From Magnetococcales bacterium (GTDB taxonomy: Bacteria > Pseudomonadota > Magnetococcia > Magnetococcales > JADFYX01): a stretch of DNA of 64,000 nt. The stretch covers positions 8,634 to 72,633 of the forward strand of contig JADFZU010000007.1 in assembly GCA_015232365.1 (NCBI GenBank), written 5' to 3'. Shown here in pieces: positions 1 through 9,713 of this stretch. Below the pieces are notes generated by a model. That model did not search any database. It saw only the letters and a program-made list of their open reading frames with translations, and was not told where the DNA came from. The position numbers and the translations under genes are program-made. Within the stretch, counting starts at the first letter, position 1. Each line of letters opens with the position of its first letter.

Positions 1-419
1 TTGAGGGTTTATTGATAAAAGTTGGTGAAGAAGTATATGTCATACCGTTAGCCAATGTTGAAGAGTGCGTTGAGCTATCAGCAGCAAGCATAAACAGCAG
101 TCACTCCAATGATGTCATAAATGTTCGAGATGAAATTGTCCCCTATATTCGTCTGCGTGACCGTTTTGATGTTGAGGGTGAACGTCCAGCAATAGAGCAG
201 ATTATCATCTCTAACGTCAACGAAAACCGGGTAGGTTTTGTGGTTGATGATGTTATCGGCCAGCACCAGACAGTAATCAAAAGCCTTGGCAAAAATTTTG
301 ACCACTCATCAGAGTTCTCAGGGGCGACCATACTTGGTGATGGGTCTGTAGCTCTTATACTGGACCTCAGAGAGATGGTTCGCTATGTGGAATATGCTGA
401 AATAAGAGGCACGCTTTGA
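1..419 (+). CDS. cheA: Chemotaxis histidine kinase CheA, C-terminal fragment (CheW-like regulatory domain); 5' end outside window
   Basis: The frame is open from base 3 (EGLLIKVGEEVYVIPLANVEE...), so the Met at 12 is internal. VGFVVDDVIGQHQTVIKSLG...ATILGDGSVALILD is typical of the CheA P5 domain. The stop overlaps the next start (ATGA at 416-419), and cheW and cheB follow. Confidence 0.8.
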   Translation, partial: EGLLIKVGEEVYVIPLANVEECVELSAASINSSHSNDVINVRDEIVPYIRLRDRFDVEGERPAIEQIIISNVNENRVGFVVDDVIGQHQTVIKSLGKNFDHSSEFSGATILGDGSVALILDLREMVRYVEYAEIRGTL

Positions 420-916
420 TGGAGAAAAAGATGGAGGATAGAGCCATGGCAACATCTGCCCAATATTTGACTTTCCTACTGGGTGAGGAGCTTTTTGCAG
501 TAGATATCTTCAAAATTAGAGAAGTTCTAGAGTTTACCTCTGTCACCAAGGTTCCTCGAACACCGCCATTTATGCGTGGAGTTATAAACCTGCGTGGCAG
601 TGTGGTTCCGGTTGTTGATATGCGGGCCAAATTTGAAATGTCAAAAACTGAGACAACGGTCAACACCTGCATTATTATCCTGGAGATTGCCATAGATGAC
701 GGCATAACAATCATGGGGGCACTGGCTGACTCGGTACAGGAGGTGCTGGAGTTGAATTTAGAGCATATTGAACCGCCACCAAAAATTGGTACCAACATCC
801 ATAGCGATTTTCTAATTGGTATCGGCAAAAATGATGGAAAGTTCATCATGATTCTTGATGTAGATAAAATATTCTCAGCAGATGAGCTCTCCAACATTCA
901 AGACACTACTGCATAG
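416..916 (+). CDS. cheW: Chemotaxis coupling protein CheW
   Basis: 166 aa. It contains YLTFLLGEELFAVDIFKIREVLEF and VPRTPPFMRGVINLRGSVVPVVDMRAKF, the classic CheW signature. It is translationally coupled to cheA. Confidence 0.9.
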   Translation: MMEKKMEDRAMATSAQYLTFLLGEELFAVDIFKIREVLEFTSVTKVPRTPPFMRGVINLRGSVVPVVDMRAKFEMSKTETTVNTCIIILEIAIDDGITIMGALADSVQEVLELNLEHIEPPPKIGTNIHSDFLIGIGKNDGKFIMILDVDKIFSADELSNIQDTTA

Positions 917-934
917 TGCAGTTATTGGGCTGTT

Positions 935-2035
935 ATGAGTAAAAACAATAAAATCCGTGTTTTGATTGTTGATGACTCAGCAGTTGTACGCCAGACCATG
1001 AAAAAAATTCTTGAGTCCGATCCATCAATCGAGGTGGTAGGTTATGCTCAAGACCCTTTTGTTGCAGCAGCCAAGATTAAAAACCTGGTCCCGGATGTTA
1101 TTACCCTGGATGTTGAGATGCCCCGTATGGACGGCCTCACCTTCCTCAGAAAAATCATGTCCCAACACCCAATTCCGGTGGTTATGTGCTCATCATTGAC
1201 CGCCAATGGTTCTGACACCGCCATTAAAGCCTTGGAGTATGGTGCTGTCGAAATTATTACCAAACCGGTAATGGGGGCTAAACAGTTTTTGGAAGAGTCT
1301 CGTATCCGTATTTGTGACTCGGTAAAAGCTGCAGCAATAGCCAAGATCAAAAAACTATCTGCCAAGCAGGCCGATGTCGCCACTAAAACAGGAAAAACTA
1401 CACCAAGACTTAACGCTGACGCAGTTCTTGCCCCCCCATCAAATAAAAATAGTGCCATGGCTAAAACCACTGAAAAAGTGGTGTTGGTGGGAGCATCAAC
1501 TGGAGGCACTGAAGCCCTGAGAATCTTCCTGAACGGTCTGCCAGCAGATGCACCAGGGGTTGTAGTTGTTCAACATATGCCTGAAGCCTACACCAAAGCC
1601 TTTGCAAACCGCCTGAATAATATTTGTAGTATTGAGGTAAAAGAGGCCGAAAATAATGATTCTGTCATCAGGGGGCGGGTTCTTATCGCCCCCGGCAGCA
1701 AACACACTCTGCTTAAACGGAGCGGAGCACGTTATTATGTTGAGGTAAAAGATGGCCCACTGGTTAGCAGGCACCGGCCATCAGTGGATGTCCTGTTTCG
1801 CTCTGCCGCTCGTTATGCCGGAAAAAACTCTATAGGGGTCATAATGACCGGTATGGGTGATGATGGTGCAAGGGGTATGAAGGAGATGAAAGATGCTGGT
1901 GCCACTAACATTGCACAGGATGAGAAGAGCTGTGTCGTCTTTGGCATGCCCAAAGAGGCAATTAAACATGGTGGTGTTGATATAATCAATCCTTTGGATA
2001 AACTGGCCTCGACAGTTATCAAATTGTCTAGCTAG
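935..2035 (+). CDS. cheB: Protein-glutamate methylesterase/glutaminase CheB (receiver + methylesterase)
   Basis: N-terminal receiver ([27 protein letters not shown]). C-terminal esterase motifs ([32 protein letters not shown]). Confidence 0.92.
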   Translation: MSKNNKIRVLIVDDSAVVRQTMKKILESDPSIEVVGYAQDPFVAAAKIKNLVPDVITLDVEMPRMDGLTFLRKIMSQHPIPVVMCSSLTANGSDTAIKALEYGAVEIITKPVMGAKQFLEESRIRICDSVKAAAIAKIKKLSAKQADVATKTGKTTPRLNADAVLAPPSNKNSAMAKTTEKVVLVGASTGGTEALRIFLNGLPADAPGVVVVQHMPEAYTKAFANRLNNICSIEVKEAENNDSVIRGRVLIAPGSKHTLLKRSGARYYVEVKDGPLVSRHRPSVDVLFRSAARYAGKNSIGVIMTGMGDDGARGMKEMKDAGATNIAQDEKSCVVFGMPKEAIKHGGVDIINPLDKLASTVIKLSS

Positions 2036-2045
2036 CTTACAGACT

Positions 2046-4736
2046 CTACATCTTGGTGGCCACAAATTTTTTACGTTTTTCAAACACCTCCAGCATTTTC
2101 CAGTGTACAATTGGAATATCAAATAGATTCACCAAGTTTAAGCAGTAGAGATCAACATGCTGTTCACACTTAAACCGCCATGGGGAGGCAAGGCCGGTAA
2201 AATAGGTGTGCTCGCCAAAAAAGTCCCCGGCCTCCAGTGTCTCTAATAACTGGCCTTTGGCATTAAACATTTTAACCTTACCGGTAACTACCAGCCATAC
2301 TCTTGGCTCAATACCTATGGTGATCTCCTCACCAGCAGCAGCGGAGAATTTTTCAATTGTTTTGGCAATTGTTCCCAGAGAGAGAAATGTGGTCTGCTCA
2401 CCAAACAGCCAGGTCTGACGCAAAAACCAGGTTTTATCTTGAATCTCCGCCATATGTGCCTGAAGTTTGTTGCGCTCTAAAAACTCCAAAAATGTCGGGG
2501 TGGCAAAACGGAGAACACTACAGTGGGAGTAGGTACGGAAAACTCCTGTCAGCACCTTATCTTTACTAAAAACTCCGTCACTACCGATGAATGATCCGAA
2601 GGAGAGGTTGTTATGAACATCAGAGGCCGGATCCAGATAGGTAACTGTTCCGGTTAAAATCATATCTATGTGGCTCTTGTTATCCTCTTTGGAGCGATAG
2701 AGAATTGTTCCGGCATTGTATTCAATTATTGGACAGTCAATGAGTAGTTCGATCTGGTTGGCAGGAACCCCGTTAAAAAAGATCTGTAAAAAAGCTGCGG
2801 CACGTTGCCGAAGATAGTCCAAGTCTCCCGGGATCAATACATCCATAGCACCAAATGATGTTTCGGAGCCTATGGCCATCTCCTGGGATGATAGTTTATT
2901 TTCATAGTGGGAGAGAATCAGGCACTCAGATTGATCATCAATAAAGTCAGAGGCAACTCCGTGAATCATCCCGCCACCAACATCAAGTTTTTTCAGGTTG
3001 ACCGGCAGTAGGTAATCTTTTTTTACTTTGTTCATAAACGCCGCGGAGAGGTCGTCCGGCCCCTCTCCAACCATCTTGTCCAGCACTGAAAACGAGCTAA
3101 GGTCCGACCAGTGGGCATAACTTTTATAACGATCCTGCTCTCTGGCCCTGAATATGAGGATGTTGGTATCTGTGGGATGGGGGGAGTAGATCGGCATAAC
3201 CTCAAGACCCAGACAGTCATTCCAAGTATCGACAGTAAGGTCACATATTTCAAAAAACTGACCAAATTTCTCCTCTTCCATAGACATCAAAGCGGTAAAT
3301 TTTTTCGCCACTGCAGAACGAACCTCTGGAGTAGCAAAATATTTCAGCCGGTGGTCTGAGTGGATCAAGACCGGAAGTCCGGCAAAATGGTCATCGTGAC
3401 CGTGGGTATGAAAAACACCTTCAACCTCAGCAATGTTGATTCCCAATGCGGTCATGGCTTGAAGTATCTGGGGACCGGCATCAATAAGAAAGATCCGCCC
3501 CTGATAGATGATGATACTGCTCATGCTACGGCGGTTTACATCCCAACCATCCCCCTCACCAGTATGCAGAATCGAGAAAAAGTGCCTTTTAAAATGGTGA
3601 CTACCCAACGGATATGGAGCTTCATACTGGACGTTACCGGGAAGATTCATATCAACTTCTGTGGATAGATCACGATAGAAAAATTTATACCGGTTTAAAC
3701 CGACGTTACAGACAGTCACCCCATTGCGAATCTCCACCGGCTCCGCACCAACTTCCAGGGTATCAAGGAGATTTGTTGGAGACTTCAACTCGCCAAAAGC
3801 AAACTTCAATTTGACCTTCATCATATTTTCAGCAGTAGCTTCATCAACCCCACACGCCAAAATTTCCTCCAAGGAGACCAGACCATGTTTACCCCGGTAG
3901 ATATACTCCATCTGTGCCTTAACCTGGGCTGACGAGCCAATAATCATCGGTTTGATCCCGGTATTGTTAGGGTGTCCAGGAATAATCATTCCCTGGCGAA
4001 AGAGCATCTGTAGCACTGGAAACTCTGATAGGTTGGCAAAATCACCATTCTGAACCAAAACTTCTGAGAGCAGTATGACATTAGGGCCGCTTTCGCAGGT
4101 GACTCCATTTTTTGTCACCGTATTGATAAACCCCTTACGCATAAGATGTTTAACCACCTCGCTTGGACATCCGCAAAGTATGTACAGCTCCGCTTCTGGA
4201 ACCTGAATCCAGAAAACCCCAGGGGTAACCTCTGAGACCAGGAGGTTCTGCATCGCATCCCTCAAGGCATCTTCAGTCTTCTCTAGAGCAACGACCTTTT
4301 CCGATAGCTGTAAGGTCCGTTCCTGAACAATCTCCTCAAGATGGTCCCGCTGCTGCTTCAACTCCAACTGGGTCTGAACCCGACGGATGATTATATCTGG
4401 ATTGAACGGCTTGGTAACATAATCTACAGCCCCAAGATCAAAGCCTTTTTTCTCGTCACTTGCCTCTTTTTTGGCAGTAACAAAAATTATCGGAATGTTC
4501 TGGGTACGCTCATCAGCTTTTATCTGCTTACAGACCTCATAACCGTCCATCTCCGGCATCATGATATCGAGAAGAATCAGGTCTGGAACCGGATCAGCCT
4601 CCAAAACTTTTAGAGCCTGTTTACCACTAAGGCAAATTCTCCGGTCGTAATCTGACAAGATTGCCACAAGGATATCAATGTTGGTCTTCTGATCATCTAC
4701 AATGAGAATCCGTGGTTTTGACAGCATAGAGACCAT
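2046..4736 (-). CDS. Multidomain response regulator: receiver + coiled coil + unknown region + metallo-beta-lactamase-fold hydrolase + two cNMP-binding-like domains
   Basis: 896 aa. Receiver motifs ILIVDDQKTNIDIL and LILLDIMMPEMDGYEV. MBL signature FHTHGHDDHFAGLP (HxHxDH). C-terminal segments with LSFGSFIGSDG and LEAGDFFGEHTYF resemble cyclic-nucleotide-binding beta rolls. The start codon directly abuts the stop of the upstream kinase gene. Confidence 0.75.
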   Translation of the reverse strand: MVSMLSKPRILIVDDQKTNIDILVAILSDYDRRICLSGKQALKVLEADPVPDLILLDIMMPEMDGYEVCKQIKADERTQNIPIIFVTAKKEASDEKKGFDLGAVDYVTKPFNPDIIIRRVQTQLELKQQRDHLEEIVQERTLQLSEKVVALEKTEDALRDAMQNLLVSEVTPGVFWIQVPEAELYILCGCPSEVVKHLMRKGFINTVTKNGVTCESGPNVILLSEVLVQNGDFANLSEFPVLQMLFRQGMIIPGHPNNTGIKPMIIGSSAQVKAQMEYIYRGKHGLVSLEEILACGVDEATAENMMKVKLKFAFGELKSPTNLLDTLEVGAEPVEIRNGVTVCNVGLNRYKFFYRDLSTEVDMNLPGNVQYEAPYPLGSHHFKRHFFSILHTGEGDGWDVNRRSMSSIIIYQGRIFLIDAGPQILQAMTALGINIAEVEGVFHTHGHDDHFAGLPVLIHSDHRLKYFATPEVRSAVAKKFTALMSMEEEKFGQFFEICDLTVDTWNDCLGLEVMPIYSPHPTDTNILIFRAREQDRYKSYAHWSDLSSFSVLDKMVGEGPDDLSAAFMNKVKKDYLLPVNLKKLDVGGGMIHGVASDFIDDQSECLILSHYENKLSSQEMAIGSETSFGAMDVLIPGDLDYLRQRAAAFLQIFFNGVPANQIELLIDCPIIEYNAGTILYRSKEDNKSHIDMILTGTVTYLDPASDVHNNLSFGSFIGSDGVFSKDKVLTGVFRTYSHCSVLRFATPTFLEFLERNKLQAHMAEIQDKTWFLRQTWLFGEQTTFLSLGTIAKTIEKFSAAAGEEITIGIEPRVWLVVTGKVKMFNAKGQLLETLEAGDFFGEHTYFTGLASPWRFKCEQHVDLYCLNLVNLFDIPIVHWKMLEVFEKRKKFVATKM

Positions 4737-7700
4737 CTACTGCTCCTTGGTTTGGAGAGAAATATTCAACACGTTGGCAATTTCATTGGCCTGATCGATA
4801 GCTTCGTCGAACTGATACTGCTCTAGCTTTGCCAACATTTTATTCATATTATAGACAGCTTTGCTAGTTATCAGCTCCTGAGAAAGCCCCTCCAACAGGG
4901 TATCTGTTTCAACACTGTTTTCCTGAAGTAGTTCAATTAATTGCTCGAGCAAAGCGGCAACCTTCTCTTTCTCAACATCTTCATCATCTTCGGCGGTCGC
5001 ATCAGTTGTGACCAATTTTTTTACCGCAAGCTCCTCAGAAGGGGCCAAGACCTCCATCGCAGCAATGAGGCTACTGTGAGCGATAGAAAATGCAGCAAAA
5101 GCCTCATTGATCATTTTCTCGGCATGGTCTTTAATGGTTTTTTCCAACACTTCGGCTTTAAGGTGTAGAGTTTTTGCACCGATATTACTGGAGACCCCTT
5201 TGATGCCATGAACAAGGCTGGCTGCTGTTGCATAGTCGCCAGCAGACAGAGCATTGCTGACTTTCTCAACATCATTGGCATTATCCTCCCGGAAACGGAT
5301 CAGCAGTTTTCTGTAGAGCCGCCGGTTGCCAACAACTCTCTCTAATCCATCCGCAATATCCAAACCGGCTATCTCCGGTAGCTCAGTAGTATCACTACAC
5401 TCTATTGCCAGGGGTTTAGCCGGTTTGACATCTCCCAACCAATGTGCCAGAACACCATAAAGCCGCTCAGGACGAATCGGTTTGGTAAGATGTTCATCCA
5501 TACCGGCTTGCAGACACTTTCTTTTGTCCTCAGCCATGGCGTGAGCGGTCATGGCGATAATCGGGGTGTTATTATGTTGTGGCTGCCTGCGAATATGTTT
5601 GGTTGCCTCCATGCCGTCCATCACCGGCATCTGCACATCCATCAATATGGCATCATAGGATTTCTCCGCCAACTTATCCAGAGCCTGCTGACCGTTATTA
5701 GCCAGCTCAACCAACAAACCAACGCGTTCCAAAAGCTCTTGTGCCACCTGCTGATTGATTGGGTTATCCTCTACCAGCAGAATGCTGGCACCGCTAATTT
5801 TCTCCGTGGTTTCCAACTCTTCAGCCAGAATTTTTGCATAGTTATCTCCACCAACCGGCCTTTCACCAGCGACATCCCGAATGGCGTTGATTAGATGGGA
5901 GCGGGTAATAGGCTTGCTCATAAAAGCAGAAACACCGCTATCAAGAGCCAACTGCCGGGTTGCATCATCGCCAAAGGCTGTCAGCATGATGATTTTTGGC
6001 TCAAGAACATCAGACCCGTCACCCTTGGATCTGGCTGCTTTTAATATCTCCTTACTAGCTGTTATGCCGTCAATGCCTGACATACGCCAATCCATAAGAA
6101 TAAGGCCAAAAGGCTGTTTATTTGCACTATTACCCATCCACTCCGAAAGTGCCGCCTCCCCAGACTCTACACTGCTTGGAACCATGGCGAAGGACTCTAC
6201 AAGATTTGTCAATATATCACGGGTGATCTTGTTATCATCAACAATAAGCACCCGACTACCTTTCATATGTTCTGGAACCTGATCCAACACCTCTTCTGCA
6301 CCAGGACGAGACTCAAAAGGTACGTTGAAATAGAAAGTGCTCCCCTCTCCAGGAGTACTCTTGGCAGAAATTTCACCATGCATCAGATCCACAAGGCGTT
6401 TGCAGATGGTCAGCCCCAGCCCGGTTCCGCCATATTTACGGGTGGTGGAACCGTCAGCCTGGACAAAAGGGTCAAACAGCATTGGCAGGCGGTCAGGATC
6501 AATACCAATACCAGAATCCTTTACCGAAAAGAAGATCTCCAGGCGTCCTGGCTTGGTCTCTTTAGGTTCAGCATTGACTATAATGCTCCCCTGGTCGGTA
6601 AACTTGATTGCGTTGCGAATTAGATTTATCAGCACCTGCTCCAACCTTTGGGAGTCGCCGATTAGAGTCAGATTGAATGAGGCTGGGATAGAGAGTATCA
6701 GCTCAATATTTTTATCGGCGGTCTGGATACTAAACAGATCACTTAACCTGTCGAAAAGATCATTTATTTCAAAGGGAACCGGGTCCAATTCCAGTCGTCC
6801 AGCTTCAATTTTGGAGAAGTCCAGCACATCATCCAGCAGCCCCATCAAGGTGTGGGAGGCGTTCTTGACCTTCTCCTGATAGTCCCTGAGTTTTGGAGAT
6901 AGATCCATCTTCAAAGCCAACTCGGTAAAACCAAGGATAGCATTCATTGGTGTTCGAATTTCATGGCTGGTATTGGCAATAAACTCGCTTTTGGCTCTGC
7001 CTGCCGACTCAGCTACCGCCAGAGTCTCCTCCAAAGATTTAAGCAACTGCTTCCGGTCGGTTATATCCTGAAGAAAAGCGGTAAACTGCATATTGCCCTT
7101 ATGAGGAGTAGCAGTGAGGGATATCTCCAGGTCCACCATTTTACCATCCTCACGAACCCCGGGAAATTCAGTCCGCCGTTGCAGATGAGAGGCTGGGGCA
7201 GCACCTGTTTTATGGCGAAACATAGCCGCACCATACTGTCTCTTTAAATGTTCAGGAATTATAAAATCGGCAATATCCTTACCCATTATATCCTTTTTCA
7301 GATAGCCAAACAGATTTTCCGCAGCCGGGTTGTACTCCATCACAATCCCAGCTTTATCAACTGTGATAATAGCATCCAGGGCGTTATAGAGGATACTGCG
7401 ATGGAGCCTTATCAGTTCGCTCTGCTCCCGGTATCTCTCGATTACCTCAACAGTTTGTGAGAGACGGCATGAGAGGGTCTCTTTTTGAAATGGTTTGGGA
7501 AGATAGTCGTTGGCACCAGCTTTGATAAACTGCACCTCAACCTCAGTATCACCTTGGGATGAGAGGCCAATTATAGCCACCTCATAACGGGAGTAGCGAG
7601 CACGGATCTTTCGGACCAACTCAAAACCATCCATTTCAGGCATCTGATAATCGGTAATTACCAGCAGAACCTCATTCTGGTCCATTATCTCCAACGCCTC

Positions 7701-8234
7701 TTGACCACTAGCGACGGAGAATACGGTAAAACCGTTGATTTCCAGAAAATGGCTTAATATAAAACGTGCACTCTTGGAGTCATCAACCACCAAGACATTG
7801 ATCAGTTTGTTGCTATAAAAACGGTTGATAAAATAGATTACTGTTTCGATAACCCGGATGTTATCTTTGATAAAATAGTCTAAAATACCTTTGGCAAAAA
7901 GTTCATCACGTAAGGTGTTGCTATATTTTCCACTCAATACTATGGTGGGAATATCGTATTCCAAAAAAAGATCAACTATTTCGCCATTGGGTGCATCAGG
8001 AAGAACTAGATCAAGAATCGCCAGAGAGAATCTCTGCCTCTCGTTAGCCAGTAGATGTAAAGCGTCGCCATGGTTCTGAACCCAGACAACCTCCTGGGCC
8101 AAGCTATCTTCAATATTTTTCTTGAGTACGGTCCCAAAGCTTTTGGAGTCCTCAACAATAATGATTGAATCCACGACAACCAGGCCCCTCTTCCCCTTGT
8201 TGAAAACCTTTCTCCAAAGAAATAAGAGTAGCAT
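4737..8234 (-). CDS. Hybrid sensor histidine kinase: REC-REC-PAS-HisKA-HATPase-REC-REC-HPt
   Basis: 1165 aa. Four receivers (IIIVEDSKSF/LAILDLVLPD; NVLVVDDSKSARFIL/LVITDYQMPEMDG; VLIVDDNKITRDIL/LILMDWRMSGIDG; ILLVEDNPINQQVA/AILMDVQMPVMDG). H-box FIANTSHEIRTPMNAILG. G2 box GGTGLGLTICKRLV. HPt-like LVHGIKGVSSNIGAK. The exact start is uncertain because the first ~20 codons are atypical. Confidence 0.85.
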   Translation of the reverse strand: MLLLFLWRKVFNKGKRGLVVVDSIIIVEDSKSFGTVLKKNIEDSLAQEVVWVQNHGDALHLLANERQRFSLAILDLVLPDAPNGEIVDLFLEYDIPTIVLSGKYSNTLRDELFAKGILDYFIKDNIRVIETVIYFINRFYSNKLINVLVVDDSKSARFILSHFLEINGFTVFSVASGQEALEIMDQNEVLLVITDYQMPEMDGFELVRKIRARYSRYEVAIIGLSSQGDTEVEVQFIKAGANDYLPKPFQKETLSCRLSQTVEVIERYREQSELIRLHRSILYNALDAIITVDKAGIVMEYNPAAENLFGYLKKDIMGKDIADFIIPEHLKRQYGAAMFRHKTGAAPASHLQRRTEFPGVREDGKMVDLEISLTATPHKGNMQFTAFLQDITDRKQLLKSLEETLAVAESAGRAKSEFIANTSHEIRTPMNAILGFTELALKMDLSPKLRDYQEKVKNASHTLMGLLDDVLDFSKIEAGRLELDPVPFEINDLFDRLSDLFSIQTADKNIELILSIPASFNLTLIGDSQRLEQVLINLIRNAIKFTDQGSIIVNAEPKETKPGRLEIFFSVKDSGIGIDPDRLPMLFDPFVQADGSTTRKYGGTGLGLTICKRLVDLMHGEISAKSTPGEGSTFYFNVPFESRPGAEEVLDQVPEHMKGSRVLIVDDNKITRDILTNLVESFAMVPSSVESGEAALSEWMGNSANKQPFGLILMDWRMSGIDGITASKEILKAARSKGDGSDVLEPKIIMLTAFGDDATRQLALDSGVSAFMSKPITRSHLINAIRDVAGERPVGGDNYAKILAEELETTEKISGASILLVEDNPINQQVAQELLERVGLLVELANNGQQALDKLAEKSYDAILMDVQMPVMDGMEATKHIRRQPQHNNTPIIAMTAHAMAEDKRKCLQAGMDEHLTKPIRPERLYGVLAHWLGDVKPAKPLAIECSDTTELPEIAGLDIADGLERVVGNRRLYRKLLIRFREDNANDVEKVSNALSAGDYATAASLVHGIKGVSSNIGAKTLHLKAEVLEKTIKDHAEKMINEAFAAFSIAHSSLIAAMEVLAPSEELAVKKLVTTDATAEDDEDVEKEKVAALLEQLIELLQENSVETDTLLEGLSQELITSKAVYNMNKMLAKLEQYQFDEAIDQANEIANVLNISLQTKEQ

Positions 8235-8549
8235 ATTTTCAAATATAATTAAACATCTAATAGCCCGCCAACTAATTATAAATGGGCAGTAATGGATTGA
8301 TCAGACCACTATCAATAACAAAATAAAAATGATGTGGCGGCATACACTCCAAATTATCGGCACCGCTAGCCTGCCGGACTGGACTCCTGGCGTCGGCAAG
8401 GGTTACTTAAAAGTTTTTCTGGGAAGAGAGTTGCTACACAAAGTAAAACCGCTGGAGATGGTGGAAAAATTTGCAAAAGCCCTCTCAACATCATAAATTT
8501 GGGCCATCTCTCTTGCAGCAGCTATAATTTATAAAAGATTAGCCATACA

Positions 8550-9713
8550 TTGAACTCTACAACTTACTGGACACTCTCTATATTTTATGGCTGTTATTTT
8601 GCCGTATTAGGGGTCTGGATACCTTATTGGCCTCTCTATATGGCCGACCTGGGCCACTCAGCAGAGGCAATAGGCCTGCTAACGGCTCTGGCTCTTGGGG
8701 TCAAAGTATTGGGGCCGCCAATCTGGGGAAGATTAGCCGACCATGGCTCCCGGCACCGGGTGATCATCTTAACCTCATTTGCAACCGCCATAATATCAGC
8801 CATATTTCTTTTTGGCACATCTCTGACTCTATTAATTTCTGTCTCGGTGATCTACAGTTTTTTTCACTCTGGACCTTTAGCACTTGTAGAAGCCACAACC
8901 CTGGAGACAGTTGTCAAATACAAAGGGGATTATGGGCGTATTCGTCATTGGGGTTCTTGGGGTTTTATAATATTTGCTATGGGCCTGGGAACGGTCACCG
9001 ATTATTTTGGGCTGAAAGTTATCCCCGCAACATTGGTTGCTCTCTTGGCTATTGGATTTCTCATCTCCCTGTTTTTGCCAAAAGGTGATCCACGGCCAAC
9101 CCAGGTTGAAGCCAGCGACCGGAGGCTATTTAACCGCCCTGAAATACGCTGGTTCTACCTGTCATCACTACTGATGCAACTCTCGCATGGAGCATATTAC
9201 GGTTTTATGTCCATCCATCTGGAGAACAGTGGTTTTTCAAAAACAGCCATCGGCCTGCTCTGGTCCTTAGGGGTGCTCTCCGAGGTGGTCTTTATGCTAC
9301 GCTCAACATCATTGATTGCCCGTTTTGGCCTCTCTGCAATTCTAACCGCCTCTCTGCTCTTGGCTACGATACGCTGGGGAATCTACTCTTTCACCCTCTT
9401 TTTGCCCCTACTGATTTTTGGTCAGATACTGCATGCTGCCACCTTTGGTGCTTTTCATGTTGCCTCGGTTAAACTGGTATTTAACATGGCCCCACATGCC
9501 AGCCGTGGAACGGCTCAAGCCTGGTACTCTGCCATATCCTTTGGGGTTGGCGGCGGAACTGGACTTTTAATATCCGGGTTTCTATTTGAAAGGATTGGAG
9601 CTGGACCTCTATTTGCTATAATGTCTGGATGTGCTGGCCTTGGAGCTATAGTCTCCATACATGCTGCAAAATACTTCCCAAAATCTGGCCCCATAAGGAG
9701 GCAACATGGTTGA
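8550..9713 (+). CDS. MFS transporter (HcaT/MFS_1_like-type, ~12 TM)
   Basis: 387 aa and hydrophobic throughout. The N-terminus YFAVLGVWIPYWPLYMADLGHSAEAIGLL resembles the 3-phenylpropionate-type MFS family. TTG start. Confidence 0.7.
   Translation: MNSTTYWTLSIFYGCYFAVLGVWIPYWPLYMADLGHSAEAIGLLTALALGVKVLGPPIWGRLADHGSRHRVIILTSFATAIISAIFLFGTSLTLLISVSVIYSFFHSGPLALVEATTLETVVKYKGDYGRIRHWGSWGFIIFAMGLGTVTDYFGLKVIPATLVALLAIGFLISLFLPKGDPRPTQVEASDRRLFNRPEIRWFYLSSLLMQLSHGAYYGFMSIHLENSGFSKTAIGLLWSLGVLSEVVFMLRSTSLIARFGLSAILTASLLLATIRWGIYSFTLFLPLLIFGQILHAATFGAFHVASVKLVFNMAPHASRGTAQAWYSAISFGVGGGTGLLISGFLFERIGAGPLFAIMSGCAGLGAIVSIHAAKYFPKSGPIRRQHG

Noticed and set aside
78-8242. Many 60-180-aa ORFs on the opposite strand or in other frames of cheA/W/B, the REC-MBL gene and the hybrid kinase (e.g. 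367-897, 1048-1509, 5442-5894, 6337-6879).
   Set aside because: They lie entirely inside long ORFs that carry clear conserved motifs. Their translations are low-complexity or Ser/Arg/Leu-rich, as expected for shadow frames. None has a recognisable motif.
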